A stretch of 40,000 bases of DNA from Vibrio gangliei (GTDB lineage: Bacteria > Pseudomonadota > Gammaproteobacteria > Enterobacterales > Vibrionaceae). The stretch lies in contig NZ_AP021871.1 of assembly GCF_026001925.1 (NCBI RefSeq), positions 6,137 to 46,136 of the forward strand, given 5' to 3'. This document shows positions 1 through 8,439 of the stretch, in pieces. The stretch's first letter is position 1; each line of letters begins with the position of its first letter. The notes under the pieces were generated by a model that was given only the letters and a program-made list of their open reading frames with translations, did no database searches and had not been told where the DNA came from. A program made the position numbers and the translations under genes.

Positions 1-1
1 G

Positions 2-241
2 TTGAGAGATTTGAATCTTGCTGCCGGTGTAGAAAGTTTTGAGGTTTCCACAATAAAGCAAAACAAAAATTATCGTTCTGCATTGATTACGTTCAGCGGC
101 CAATCAATGACTTTAAAAAAATTGAATGAGTTATATGAGGCATATAAACGAATCCCACTCATGTCTGTAAAGCTAGATATTACAGACAACAACGATGGAT
201 CTTTTAATGTGACTCAAACAATGGAACTTGTAGGTATTTAA
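2..241 (+). CDS. 3' end of a gene starting upstream of the window; by position possibly a PilO-like type IVb pilus biogenesis protein
   Basis: Frame open from the window edge, with its stop 1 nt before the next start. No diagnostic motif; assignment rests on synteny only. Confidence 0.3.
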   Translation: MRDLNLAAGVESFEVSTIKQNKNYRSALITFSGQSMTLKKLNELYEAYKRIPLMSVKLDITDNNDGSFNVTQTMELVGI

Positions 242-242
242 G

Positions 243-968
243 ATGACTAGACGAAACAAAAACAACAAACAAAAAGCGGCTAAGCGTGAGATCCCAAATT
301 CTCTTGCGTATTCCGTTGTAGCTGTAGCAGCGTGTGCCATTGTGTATTTTACTTTCTTTAATGACACAAGCATTTCAAACCCTTTCGCAAAGTCAGCGCC
401 AAGATCAACACAAACCGCTCAAGCTGGTGGTTCTGGTCAAACGGTAATAAAGAAAGTTGAAGCTCCTGATGCTGCGAATGCACCACAACTGATGTTACCA
501 AGTATCGATAGTCTAGGTATTTATCGCTCTGAGCAAATACACAGAAATTTGCTAATTGCCAACGAAAATCAAAAGGCTCAGCTTGAAGAAGCAAGACTCA
601 AAACTGATACAGCATCATTCAAACGCCAGACTATTGCATCATCTTCAAACGATTCTGATTACGGGGTATCCAGTAGTACACCAGTACGTGTTGCCACTGA
701 GCCACCAGCGGTAATCGAACCTGCTCAGCCAAGTAGCTACGAAAGTGGTGTAAGTCAAGATGGGCAAATTTCATTAATCTCAATCAGCAAAATTAACAAT
801 GAACTTGAGGCCATGATCACCTACAACGGTGAGGTTGTATCGCTAAATCTTCAGGGGATTGTGTATAGCTCATCAAAAGACATTCCAAGGATTGCAGTTA
901 CGCAGTTAGATGACCAATCACTATGCGTTAAGCAGAACTCAAAGAATCAATGCTTTAAGGTGTACTAA
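243..968 (+). CDS. Membrane-anchored pilus biogenesis protein (PilP-position), function uncertain
   Basis: Basic N-terminus followed by one TM segment (AYSVVAVAACAIVYFTFF). Its stop overlaps the PilQ-like start (TAATG). Sits directly upstream of the assembly ATPase. Confidence 0.4.
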   Translation: MTRRNKNNKQKAAKREIPNSLAYSVVAVAACAIVYFTFFNDTSISNPFAKSAPRSTQTAQAGGSGQTVIKKVEAPDAANAPQLMLPSIDSLGIYRSEQIHRNLLIANENQKAQLEEARLKTDTASFKRQTIASSSNDSDYGVSSSTPVRVATEPPAVIEPAQPSSYESGVSQDGQISLISISKINNELEAMITYNGEVVSLNLQGIVYSSSKDIPRIAVTQLDDQSLCVKQNSKNQCFKVY

Positions 969-2728
969 TGACAACTGATTCAGAAACAAACCAAGTCAAT
1001 GACAGGGCTGCAAGCAATATGGTTGATTCTGCAGACCATGAATTAGCTATCATTCAAGACTTACTCGATGGTAACTACGATGTACTCAAAGATGAGTCCA
1101 TTTTAAACCTATGCAAGAAAGATGGTTCTTGCATATTGACCGAAAAGTTTGTGGTTTGTTGTACGGATATTACAAACCCATTTATTAATGATCTGATTCA
1201 AGCAGCGAATGAATACCAAAACAATTTAGACGCACCGAAGCAGGATGTAGTGGTCAGAATTGCTTCTCGCCAAGCAATAAAAGAGGTTCTATCAAAGTCT
1301 AATAATGATTTATTGAAAGACATATCCAATTCCGCAATCGACCTAAGTGACGAAGCAAATAAACAGGCTATCGGTGAGTTAGAGCAACTTTTATATGAAG
1401 TGCGCGAGAAGAAGGTGGCTGACGTTCACATCAAGGCCACAAGTGAATCTACGATTGTTTACGTTCGCACATCTGGTGGTGTCACTCGACATTATGACTC
1501 AGCGCGTGAGGCCGAATACGGTTTACGCTTGGGCGGGTTGATTTTTGGTACATACGCTTCTGAGGGCTCGAATGGTTCATTCTTGCCAACAGAGGCGAAT
1601 GACACAACGTTCAGTTGGCTTATAGAAGGTAAAAGCTGCCGGTTCCGTGCGTCAACGGTTCCAATTAGAAATGGATGTAAGATCGTCATTCGTTCACTTG
1701 AACCGTTTTCGAATGAAGTACCAACACTTACTGATTTAGGTTTTTTGCCCGCTCAGATAAAAATGCTGATGCACACAATAAATCAGCCGTCTGGCTCTTT
1801 ATTAATTACTGGTCAAACCGGTTCGGGTAAGACAACCACCCTAGCCTCTTTGGTTGATGCGATACCAGAAAATAAGAGTGTCCATACACTTGAAGATCCA
1901 ATTGAGCTTATTTTGGAAAATGCTTCACAAACAGAAATCAACGTTTCTGGTGATGAAGATAACCTAGGTGTGAAGATTGGTTCGTTTGCTTATTTTGGTA
2001 GACGTTTACTTCGTCAAGATATTGATGTTGGTGTGTTTGGTGAGCTGCGTGATAAGCAGTCTGTCCAGGTCTTTTATCACCTAGCAACCACAGGTCACTT
2101 ACTGTTAGGAACAATGCACGTCTCCAGCGCTACTGGTGTGCCAAACATGCTAATGAATACCTATGGTTTAAATCCATTGCAGGCCGCTGATAAAGACGCT
2201 TTCACATGTTTTATGCACCAAAAACTGCCCGATAAAGTTTGTCAGGCTTGTTGTCATTCGCATGATGAGCATAAGTCCATACTCAAAACCGAGCTCAAGG
2301 ACGCTTTGGTGTCAGGGGTTGAAGCGAGAATATTCTCTGCTGAGACACGCTTAAATCGCTTGAACTACGCTGAAAGCATTTTCAAAGGTCAACTTGAAGG
2401 TTTGAGATATTCAAATGATAAAGGCTGTAATCAATGTGAGTTTACAGGCAAGTCAGGTAAAACCGTTTTAGCCGAAATACTGATGCTTGATGATAATGTT
2501 CGTCAGTTTATTGAAGATCAAAAGACAACTGAAATGGTTGCTTACCTAAAAAGCCAAGGCTTTCCTACTGTACGAGATCATGCTTTGCACTGTATCAAGC
2601 TTGGCATTATTGACATTCATGCTGCTGCAAGGGTTGTTGGTGAGCTCGATAACTCCAATGCCACATCATTCAACTACGGTGAACTAATCGATGAAATAAG
2701 CATTAACACTGCTGAGGTAGGTGCTTAA
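968..2728 (+). CDS. pilQ: Type IV pilus assembly ATPase, GspE/PilB superfamily (R64 PilQ-type)
   Basis: Walker A GQTGSGKTT, Asp box LEDPIE, Walker B-like VGVFGELRD and His box TGHLLLGTMH. Cys motifs CQACC and CNQC are typical of GspE-family ATPases. Confidence 0.85.
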   Translation: MTTDSETNQVNDRAASNMVDSADHELAIIQDLLDGNYDVLKDESILNLCKKDGSCILTEKFVVCCTDITNPFINDLIQAANEYQNNLDAPKQDVVVRIASRQAIKEVLSKSNNDLLKDISNSAIDLSDEANKQAIGELEQLLYEVREKKVADVHIKATSESTIVYVRTSGGVTRHYDSAREAEYGLRLGGLIFGTYASEGSNGSFLPTEANDTTFSWLIEGKSCRFRASTVPIRNGCKIVIRSLEPFSNEVPTLTDLGFLPAQIKMLMHTINQPSGSLLITGQTGSGKTTTLASLVDAIPENKSVHTLEDPIELILENASQTEINVSGDEDNLGVKIGSFAYFGRRLLRQDIDVGVFGELRDKQSVQVFYHLATTGHLLLGTMHVSSATGVPNMLMNTYGLNPLQAADKDAFTCFMHQKLPDKVCQACCHSHDEHKSILKTELKDALVSGVEARIFSAETRLNRLNYAESIFKGQLEGLRYSNDKGCNQCEFTGKSGKTVLAEILMLDDNVRQFIEDQKTTEMVAYLKSQGFPTVRDHALHCIKLGIIDIHAAARVVGELDNSNATSFNYGELIDEISINTAEVGA

Positions 2729-3801
2729 TGAATATTGGGATTATCAGAGAGCATATAAAAAAGAAACTGTCTGAAATTAAAAAAAATAGGGTATTTAACC
2801 GTGAACAGCAATTAGAGCTTTTAGAAGACTTGATACTTGCTTTAAATGCCAAGCAGTCGCCACTTGAAGCCATGCGAAACTCACTAGAGTTCTGTACACC
2901 TAAAAACCGCACAGCGTACAGCGAAATCTATTCCGTTTTAAATCGCGGGGCTTCGTTGTCACGAGCGCTTGATGGATGGTTTGATCCAATGATTGTTCTA
3001 TCCATTAAAGCTGGTGAAGGGAACAGAAGACAGATTCAAGCATTAGAAAACGCCAAAACAACACTGGAAAACCAATCTGGTGTGACTGGAAAAATTGTTA
3101 AAGCAAACGGGTATCCTTTGTTCCTTATCATTCTAGGAAATGTAATGAATGCCGTTGTGGCGCAACTTGTCATTGAACCAATGCTGGTGGACAAGCCAAT
3201 TTTGAGCTTCCCTGTAATAACTCAAATCTCTTACAGTTTTGGCAAGTTCTTTATGTACAACTGGTACTTTTTGGTACTGGCTGTATTCTCGTTGATTTTT
3301 GTCATTCAAATCATACTGGCTACTTGGACTGCTGATGTACGATTCTCAAGGTTTGATAATTTCATCATCTTTAAACAATACCGGATATTAACAGCTTCTT
3401 CTTTCTTGCGCTCAATGGCTGTAATGCTCAAGTCTAAGCAGATACTCAAAACGGCATTAGACGCAGTTAAAGAATCAAGCGACCCCTATCTGGCCAACCA
3501 TGCAAAAGAAATGCTTTATTCAATTTCAGATAAGACCGGTGTAGGTCAGGTTATGGATACAGGCTTGCTTTTGGATCAAGAAATCGCTCGTATTAAGTCA
3601 ATCACATCTAAATCAAATGATGGAATTGATGAGCTTTTAGTCATGGTGGCGGAGCGTCACGAAAAAGTTCTGAACAAATCTTTAGACCGAATCGGTAAAT
3701 ATAGTGGCTACTTTGGATTGCTGGTGGTGGGGCTTCTAATCGTGCTGGCCTTTGCTGGACAAATGGCCGCGCAACTTGCTAATGCTGGAATGACCTTTTA
3801 A
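2728..3801 (+). CDS. pilR: Type IV pilus inner-membrane platform protein, GspF/PilC family (R64 PilR-type)
   Basis: Polytopic membrane protein of about 357 aa. Translationally coupled to the ATPase (TAATG overlap). Size and position are typical of GspF-family platform proteins. Confidence 0.7.
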   Translation: MNIGIIREHIKKKLSEIKKNRVFNREQQLELLEDLILALNAKQSPLEAMRNSLEFCTPKNRTAYSEIYSVLNRGASLSRALDGWFDPMIVLSIKAGEGNRRQIQALENAKTTLENQSGVTGKIVKANGYPLFLIILGNVMNAVVAQLVIEPMLVDKPILSFPVITQISYSFGKFFMYNWYFLVLAVFSLIFVIQIILATWTADVRFSRFDNFIIFKQYRILTASSFLRSMAVMLKSKQILKTALDAVKESSDPYLANHAKEMLYSISDKTGVGQVMDTGLLLDQEIARIKSITSKSNDGIDELLVMVAERHEKVLNKSLDRIGKYSGYFGLLVVGLLIVLAFAGQMAAQLANAGMTF

Positions 3802-3811
3802 CCGTCTAAAT
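3800..3811 (+). promoter_or_regulatory. Shared upstream motif AACCGTCTAAAT
   Basis: Copy of the AACCRYCTAAWT motif overlapping the pilR stop, 76 nt (motif end to start codon) upstream of the prepilin start. Confidence 0.4.
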
Positions 3812-3886
3812 TATGAAAATTCATAGGTATAGATAGAATTTCCCTGTGCACATTTAATCACTTTTAATTTTATTAATGGAAATATT

Positions 3887-4399
3887 ATGAAGAAATTTAA
3901 AGCTAACAAACAAGCAGGTTTCACTTTAATTGAACTTGTCATTGTTCTTGTCATTATGGGGGTATTGGGGGCTGCTATCGCTGCATTCCGAGGTGGTGCA
4001 GATTTTCAATCTCTCAAGAAGCAAACCAGTGATGGTATTTCGTTAATCGCTAGTGATGCACGAGCGAAAAAAGGTGCAGGTAACTACAACGTAATTACAG
4101 ATATTAGCGTCCTATGTAACGATGGATATTTAACTGAAACTATGTGTGGTACTGGTAATGATGGTGTCGGCACAAACCCATTCGGTGGTGACTGGGTTGT
4201 TGCACCGTCTACAAACTTTGGGGCAGCTCACCTTAGCGTTGGTGTAACTGGTATTCCAGATGGCCGTTTTGCTGAGTTAGCTGACACTTTAGCTGGTCAA
4301 TCGTACAAAGCTTGTCAATCTTCTACTGACTGCGCATCTATCACAGTGACCGAGCCTCAAGAGAATGGTGCTGGTGGCGAAATCTATATTGATATTTAA
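3887..4399 (+). CDS. pilS: Type IV prepilin (candidate major pilin, PilS position)
   Basis: Class III signal peptide MKKFKANKQAG / FTLIELVIVLVIMGVLG with Gly-1 and Glu+5. Has its own upstream region and an RBS-like GGAAA. Confidence 0.8.
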   Translation: MKKFKANKQAGFTLIELVIVLVIMGVLGAAIAAFRGGADFQSLKKQTSDGISLIASDARAKKGAGNYNVITDISVLCNDGYLTETMCGTGNDGVGTNPFGGDWVVAPSTNFGAAHLSVGVTGIPDGRFAELADTLAGQSYKACQSSTDCASITVTEPQENGAGGEIYIDI

Positions 4400-4402
4400 C
4401 TT

Positions 4403-4966
4403 ATGAAAAGAAACTCGACAGGGATGGCATTAATTGAGCTAATTATCGTTGTCGTGATCTTATCGGTGGTAGGGCTTGTCTCTACCACTTATTTTAACAA
4501 GATCGCCAACCCAACAGAATCAGCGAGTATAGCCAAATCCTATGTAAAAGACCTAGAGCTTGCAATTAAAGCTAAGACTGCGCAGCAGTGGCAAGATTGC
4601 GTGGACTTTCAGGATTTTACGTTTGAGCAATTGGCAAGTGAGAACTGGCTCATCAATCCAGAACAAATCTTTCCCACCAGCTTTGTCTTTGATGTTGAAC
4701 GCGATAAGACCAACCGAAGAATCCCGAGAATGGTCACAATACAGTTAAGTTTTCAAGATAGAGCTGTAGCGAACACCGTTGCGCAATCAATTCCTCACTC
4801 TAAAGTTAGCACGAATGAATCTGACTCTATCGTTAGCATTGGAGTTCGCATTAGCCCATTTTCGCGGGGGATGCAGTACATGAATAATGAATACACACAA
4901 TTACAGCTACCACCGCGCGTAGGTGATAAGTATTGTTTTGACCGCACAGCTTTCGATGGAAGTTAA
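4403..4966 (+). CDS. Type IV pilin-like protein (minor pilin)
   Basis: N-terminus MKRNSTG / MALIELIIVVVILSVVG has the prepilin cleavage motif with Glu+5. Lies 3 nt after the major pilin stop. Confidence 0.65.
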   Translation: MKRNSTGMALIELIIVVVILSVVGLVSTTYFNKIANPTESASIAKSYVKDLELAIKAKTAQQWQDCVDFQDFTFEQLASENWLINPEQIFPTSFVFDVERDKTNRRIPRMVTIQLSFQDRAVANTVAQSIPHSKVSTNESDSIVSIGVRISPFSRGMQYMNNEYTQLQLPPRVGDKYCFDRTAFDGS

Positions 4967-4967
4967 T

Positions 4968-5894
4968 ATGAAAAAATCAAAAGGTTTTGCGCTATTAGAA
5001 TTAATGATTGCATTGGTTATATTTGGTGTAGTCATGCAAGGTGTCTTTGCGTTTGCCAATAAAAAGCATTTCGATAATGACGTTAACTCTGCAATAGATA
5101 AGCTAGTTATGGAATTAACCATGATTCAGCAATACGAAGCTGAATCTCCTGAACCTTATGCAAGTGTAACAAGGTTCCCTGAAACACCTGCAGATTTGGT
5201 TGATAAAGGTTACGCCAATGAGTGTACCGCTACTGAGGTATCTGCGGGAAAATGCCAGTCCGTAGAAAAAACTTACTGGGGTGACTCAATCTCTTATAAC
5301 CGAATAGATAAAGATGCAGCGAACGATATAGTAATGCACTTAACATTGTCATATCCATTAACAACGCTCCCAACAGAAGAAGCCAACAGGGTAGCCGGAA
5401 TGTTTATGGGGCGTGTTCCATTCCTTACTTACGATAAACCATCAAAAACAATGACCGTTCGCGTAAACCGTTCCAGTGCAAGTGCAGCATTAGAAGGCTT
5501 TATTGATGCTGAGGGTAATAGGAAATTAGAAGATGATTGGGATGTTGGTGGTAATTACTCGATTGCCAATGCAAAGAACGTCACTGTGAGAACGCAGGAC
5601 GGAAAGCAAATGAATTTGGCTGCAAGTGTGATTTCGAGTTTTCCTGTTGCCAATGGCACTAGCGTTCCAAAACCAAGTTGTCCAGCAGGTTTAAAGCCAG
5701 CAATTTCTACCAGTGTAAAATCTATTGCCGGTTACAATATGCGTGAATTAGGGGCAATAAATACCTATTACACAGAAACTTCGAGCGCATGGAAAGTGTA
5801 CTTGCGGTATTATGCGGTTCGCCAGTCTGATGACGCATGGGTGCAACTTTCAAATGGTGAGATTAATGTGAATGTGTCTTGCATCACAAATTAA
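4968..5894 (+). CDS. Large minor pilin (PilV / tip-adhesin position)
   Basis: The internal start at 4968 gives MKKSKG / FALLELMIALVIFGVV (prepilin motif). The track ORF start at 4923 overlaps the previous gene and is rejected. The roughly 280-aa C-terminal domain contains Cys pairs. Confidence 0.6.
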   Translation: MKKSKGFALLELMIALVIFGVVMQGVFAFANKKHFDNDVNSAIDKLVMELTMIQQYEAESPEPYASVTRFPETPADLVDKGYANECTATEVSAGKCQSVEKTYWGDSISYNRIDKDAANDIVMHLTLSYPLTTLPTEEANRVAGMFMGRVPFLTYDKPSKTMTVRVNRSSASAALEGFIDAEGNRKLEDDWDVGGNYSIANAKNVTVRTQDGKQMNLAASVISSFPVANGTSVPKPSCPAGLKPAISTSVKSIAGYNMRELGAINTYYTETSSAWKVYLRYYAVRQSDDAWVQLSNGEINVNVSCITN

Positions 5895-5930
5895 ATCAAT
5901 AAGAAAAACAAATGATTAAAAATCACAAAT

Positions 5931-5946
5931 ATAATACTTGTATTAT
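5931..5946. promoter_or_regulatory. Palindromic operator ATAATACTTGTATTAT (perfect 7-2-7 inverted repeat)
   Basis: Perfect inverted repeat ATAATAC-NN-GTATTAT. Overlaps a -35-like TTGTAT of the protease promoter. Confidence 0.6.
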
Positions 5947-5960
5947 TCCCTGTGTGAATT

Positions 5961-5976
5961 ATAATACTTGTATGTT
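5961..5976. promoter_or_regulatory. Second operator copy (14/16 match), ATAATACTTGTATGTT
   Basis: Lies 30 bp centre-to-centre from the first copy. Overlaps a TATAAT hexamer (5960-5965) 31 nt upstream of the protease ATG. Confidence 0.5.
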
Positions 5977-5995
5977 GTGAAAAAGGAATTAAATC

Positions 5996-7294
5996 ATGAA
6001 AAAACTTACAACCTCCGTTACTCTTTTATCTGCGTTAGTTTCTGCTAATGTTTTTGCAGTTGATACCAGTTTGGTTTATCACAACGTAGACCGTGTTGAT
6101 CAAGATAATATTGTTATTGCGAATAGTGATTCTTCTGCATACTGCACCGGTACGGTAATTGGCGGGAAGTGGGTTATCACTGCTGCTCACTGTAATCAAG
6201 GCTCGTCCGTTGATGGCGTGTATCAAACGTTGAGTGTAAAAAAATCTAATATTCCGACTGAATATACTGAGTACAAAGCTCAGACTGAAAACCCTGACTC
6301 AACCGGTTATAGCTCACCAATGCTTGATGTTGCCGTTTGGGAATTGGATGATGCACTAAAGCACTCTACATTCGCCCCAATTTCCAACGTTACATTGTCA
6401 GATAATGATTTACTTCGACTATATGGATTTGGTCAAACCAATCCAGAATTAAACTATATAGAACAACGTACATTGGCGAATTGGCACTACGGGAATTGGG
6501 ATTTAGCTAATACCCCAAATGTCGAGGCTTGCACTATTGACGGTGCAACTCATGATGATGGCTATTGTGAAACGTTAGATCCAAATATGATGGTGACGTA
6601 TGAAATAAATCAGGGGCGAATCATTGATGGGGACTCTGGCGCAGCATTATTTAAAGATGGCTACATGGTTGGCATCTTACACTCATTATCACCATACGGC
6701 TTACAAGATGCGGGGCACTCATATCACGCAGATAGCGGTACAACTGAGGGGGTCAATGTTAGTGACATTGTTAGCTCAGATGCTGACTTGGATTCAATGA
6801 ACGGTAGCTATGCGAATCGCATGGATTATGCAGCCACGCAAAACTTTTTATTAGATAATATTAACGCATGGAACTACGCATCTTGGGTAAAAGTAAATAG
6901 CTCAAATGCTGTGACTGTTAAGATTCAATCGCTTCATAACTCAACAGTAAATTTATTAAACACGATTACCACGACTGGTGATGCTGATGTAGATACCAGC
7001 ACTATTGCTTGTTTCTCTCCTGAACACGACAACAACACTGCCGAGCACCATAGTGCCGATAGTGTACAGCCCTTTGATGTGTGTTCGTTAAGTGTCACGA
7101 GTAATGGTGGTGAGGGTCAAATTCTATTAGGTGATAATCAAGTTATCCATGTGAATAAATGGGATGTAGATTCTGTTGATCCTGAAGAACCCGACAATGG
7201 CGGTGAAAGTTCAGGTGGCTCTAGCGGTGGTTCTCTTGGTGTGTTTGGTTTATTAGGCTTACTGGGATTAGGAATAGCTAGAAGAAGAAAATAA
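5996..7294 (+). CDS. Secreted trypsin-like (S1) serine protease with GlyGly-CTERM sorting signal (VesB-like)
   Basis: Sec signal peptide. Catalytic motifs are WVITAAHC (His), DVAVWEL (Asp) and GDSGAAL (Ser). The C-terminus GGSSGGSLGVFGLLGLLGLGIARRRK matches the GlyGly-CTERM / rhombosortase pattern. Confidence 0.8.
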   Translation: MKKLTTSVTLLSALVSANVFAVDTSLVYHNVDRVDQDNIVIANSDSSAYCTGTVIGGKWVITAAHCNQGSSVDGVYQTLSVKKSNIPTEYTEYKAQTENPDSTGYSSPMLDVAVWELDDALKHSTFAPISNVTLSDNDLLRLYGFGQTNPELNYIEQRTLANWHYGNWDLANTPNVEACTIDGATHDDGYCETLDPNMMVTYEINQGRIIDGDSGAALFKDGYMVGILHSLSPYGLQDAGHSYHADSGTTEGVNVSDIVSSDADLDSMNGSYANRMDYAATQNFLLDNINAWNYASWVKVNSSNAVTVKIQSLHNSTVNLLNTITTTGDADVDTSTIACFSPEHDNNTAEHHSADSVQPFDVCSLSVTSNGGEGQILLGDNQVIHVNKWDVDSVDPEEPDNGGESSGGSSGGSLGVFGLLGLLGLGIARRRK

Positions 7295-7308
7295 ATATTC
7301 CACGAAAA

Positions 7309-7336
7309 GGGCGTGATTTATTCACGCCCTTTTTTA
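7309..7336 (+). terminator. Rho-independent terminator after the protease gene
   Basis: GGGCGTGA / TCACGCCC stem followed by a TTTTTT run. Confidence 0.8.
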
Positions 7337-7355
7337 TTACAAAAAATTCAACTTT

Positions 7356-7367
7356 AACCGCCTAAAT
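7356..7367 (+). promoter_or_regulatory. Shared upstream motif AACCGCCTAAAT
   Basis: One of 6-7 copies of (T)TTAACCRYCTAAWT. Lies 64 nt (motif end to start codon) upstream of the 7431 start. Confidence 0.45.
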
Positions 7368-7430
7368 GTGATTCCAGTCTCGAACTGTGCAACTTTTAAT
7401 GTTCCATTTATAAAAACAGGAGAATGGAAC

Positions 7431-7943
7431 GTGAAAACAAATAAATATTTGCTTGCTGTACTGATAGCTCTTTCCTCTGTCGGGGTTGTTAATGCTGCCG
7501 ATGTAAGCACTATGCCTATCCAATCGAACAACCATACGAGCATTAGCGTTTCAAGTGATGCGAGTAATAGCAATTGGAGTAAATCACCCAAACCAACATC
7601 GACGGACACCTACCAGTGGAAATCGGTTTATTCAGGTTCGGCAAAAGATACAGTAGCTATAGGTAGCAATTCAAAATTTGTATCTGTCCAATTGGCTGGT
7701 AAGTCTGCAAAAACTTATGCGGTAGATCCAAGCTCAAGTAGCTATACGCTGGATACTTTTAGTTATAAGTCTTATACAAGCAATGGTAACATAGGAGGAT
7801 GTGCGCAAGGGAGCTGTGGAGGGCTAACAGAAACAACAACCACAGTGATATTAAAGAAAGAAGGTAATTCGGTTTCGTCTTACACCACATCTGGCTCATA
7901 CAGTTATAAATCACCAATGATTACAAAAGTTTTGGTGATGTAA
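7431..7943 (+). CDS. Secreted protein, paralogue A of the QSNNH family (unknown function)
   Basis: GTG start 7 nt after AGGAGAA. Signal peptide ends VNA. Mature N-terminus is ADVSTMPIQSNNHTSISVSSDASNSNWSKSPKPTS. The upstream part of the track ORF (7368) is rejected. Confidence 0.65.
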   Translation: MKTNKYLLAVLIALSSVGVVNAADVSTMPIQSNNHTSISVSSDASNSNWSKSPKPTSTDTYQWKSVYSGSAKDTVAIGSNSKFVSVQLAGKSAKTYAVDPSSSSYTLDTFSYKSYTSNGNIGGCAQGSCGGLTETTTTVILKKEGNSVSSYTTSGSYSYKSPMITKVLVM

Positions 7944-7947
7944 ATCA

Positions 7948-7973
7948 AATGAGGCGAGCTCAATCGCCTCATT
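7948..7973 (+). terminator. Hairpin after paralogue A (weak terminator, no T-run)
   Basis: AATGAGGCGA / TCGCCTCATT, a 10-bp stem with a 6-nt loop. Confidence 0.4.
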
Positions 7974-8012
7974 CAATTGTTCAATTTGTTGAGAAAAATT
8001 AATGCGGTTACA

Positions 8013-8300
8013 ATGAACAAATCTAAATTTACCTTCATGCCTCTTGCATTGTTTTTGGGGGCTGCAAATGCTGCTGACATAAGCAATATGACTGTTCAAT
8101 CGAATAATCATTCGAGCGATATGCCATCAGGCTCTAAATGCGGTGATTATGTAATGTCCGGCAACAAAACAAGAGTTAATGTTTATTGTATGGGACAAAG
8201 CGTTCGAAATGGCTGCCCAAAGGGGTTCACTCATCGAAACTTCGGATATTTTGAAGCCGGTGGAGGCGAACGGAAATATGTTTGGTGTACGAAAAACTGA
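8013..8300 (+). CDS. Small Cys-rich secreted protein, paralogue B of the QSNNH family
   Basis: Signal peptide ends ANA. Mature N-terminus ADISNMTVQSNNHSS, followed by an unrelated Cys-rich C-terminal part of about 60 aa. Confidence 0.55.
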   Translation: MNKSKFTFMPLALFLGAANAADISNMTVQSNNHSSDMPSGSKCGDYVMSGNKTRVNVYCMGQSVRNGCPKGFTHRNFGYFEAGGGERKYVWCTKN

Positions 8301-8341
8301 GATAACTTCTAATTGATTAATATCGACAGACATGTTCAGCG

Positions 8342-8359
8342 TTATTACCACGGTAATAA
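8342..8359. promoter_or_regulatory. 18-bp perfect palindrome TTATTACCACGGTAATAA (copy 1), core of a 28-bp hairpin
   Basis: An identical 18-mer recurs at 34053-34070. Here it also forms the stem CAGCGTTATTACC / GGTAATAACGCTG downstream of paralogue B, and ends 9 nt before the GACCACCTAAAA motif. Confidence 0.5.
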
Positions 8360-8368
8360 CGCTGATTT

Positions 8369-8380
8369 GACCACCTAAAA
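8369..8380 (+). promoter_or_regulatory. Shared upstream motif GACCACCTAAAA
   Basis: Variant copy of the AACCRYCTAAWT motif, 60 nt (motif end to start codon) upstream of the 8440 start. Confidence 0.4.
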
Positions 8381-8439
8381 ATGATCATATTTTCACAGTG
8401 AATACAATGTAACCTCTCATAATAAATAGGGGCTACATA

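Noticed and set aside
3840-3860. CCCTGTGCAC upstream of the prepilin gene as a sigma54 promoter (similar CCCTGTG at 5946 and 34094)
   Set aside because: It does not fit GG-N10-GC spacing (TGGCAC-N5-TTGC). Three short matches are not enough to call a motif.
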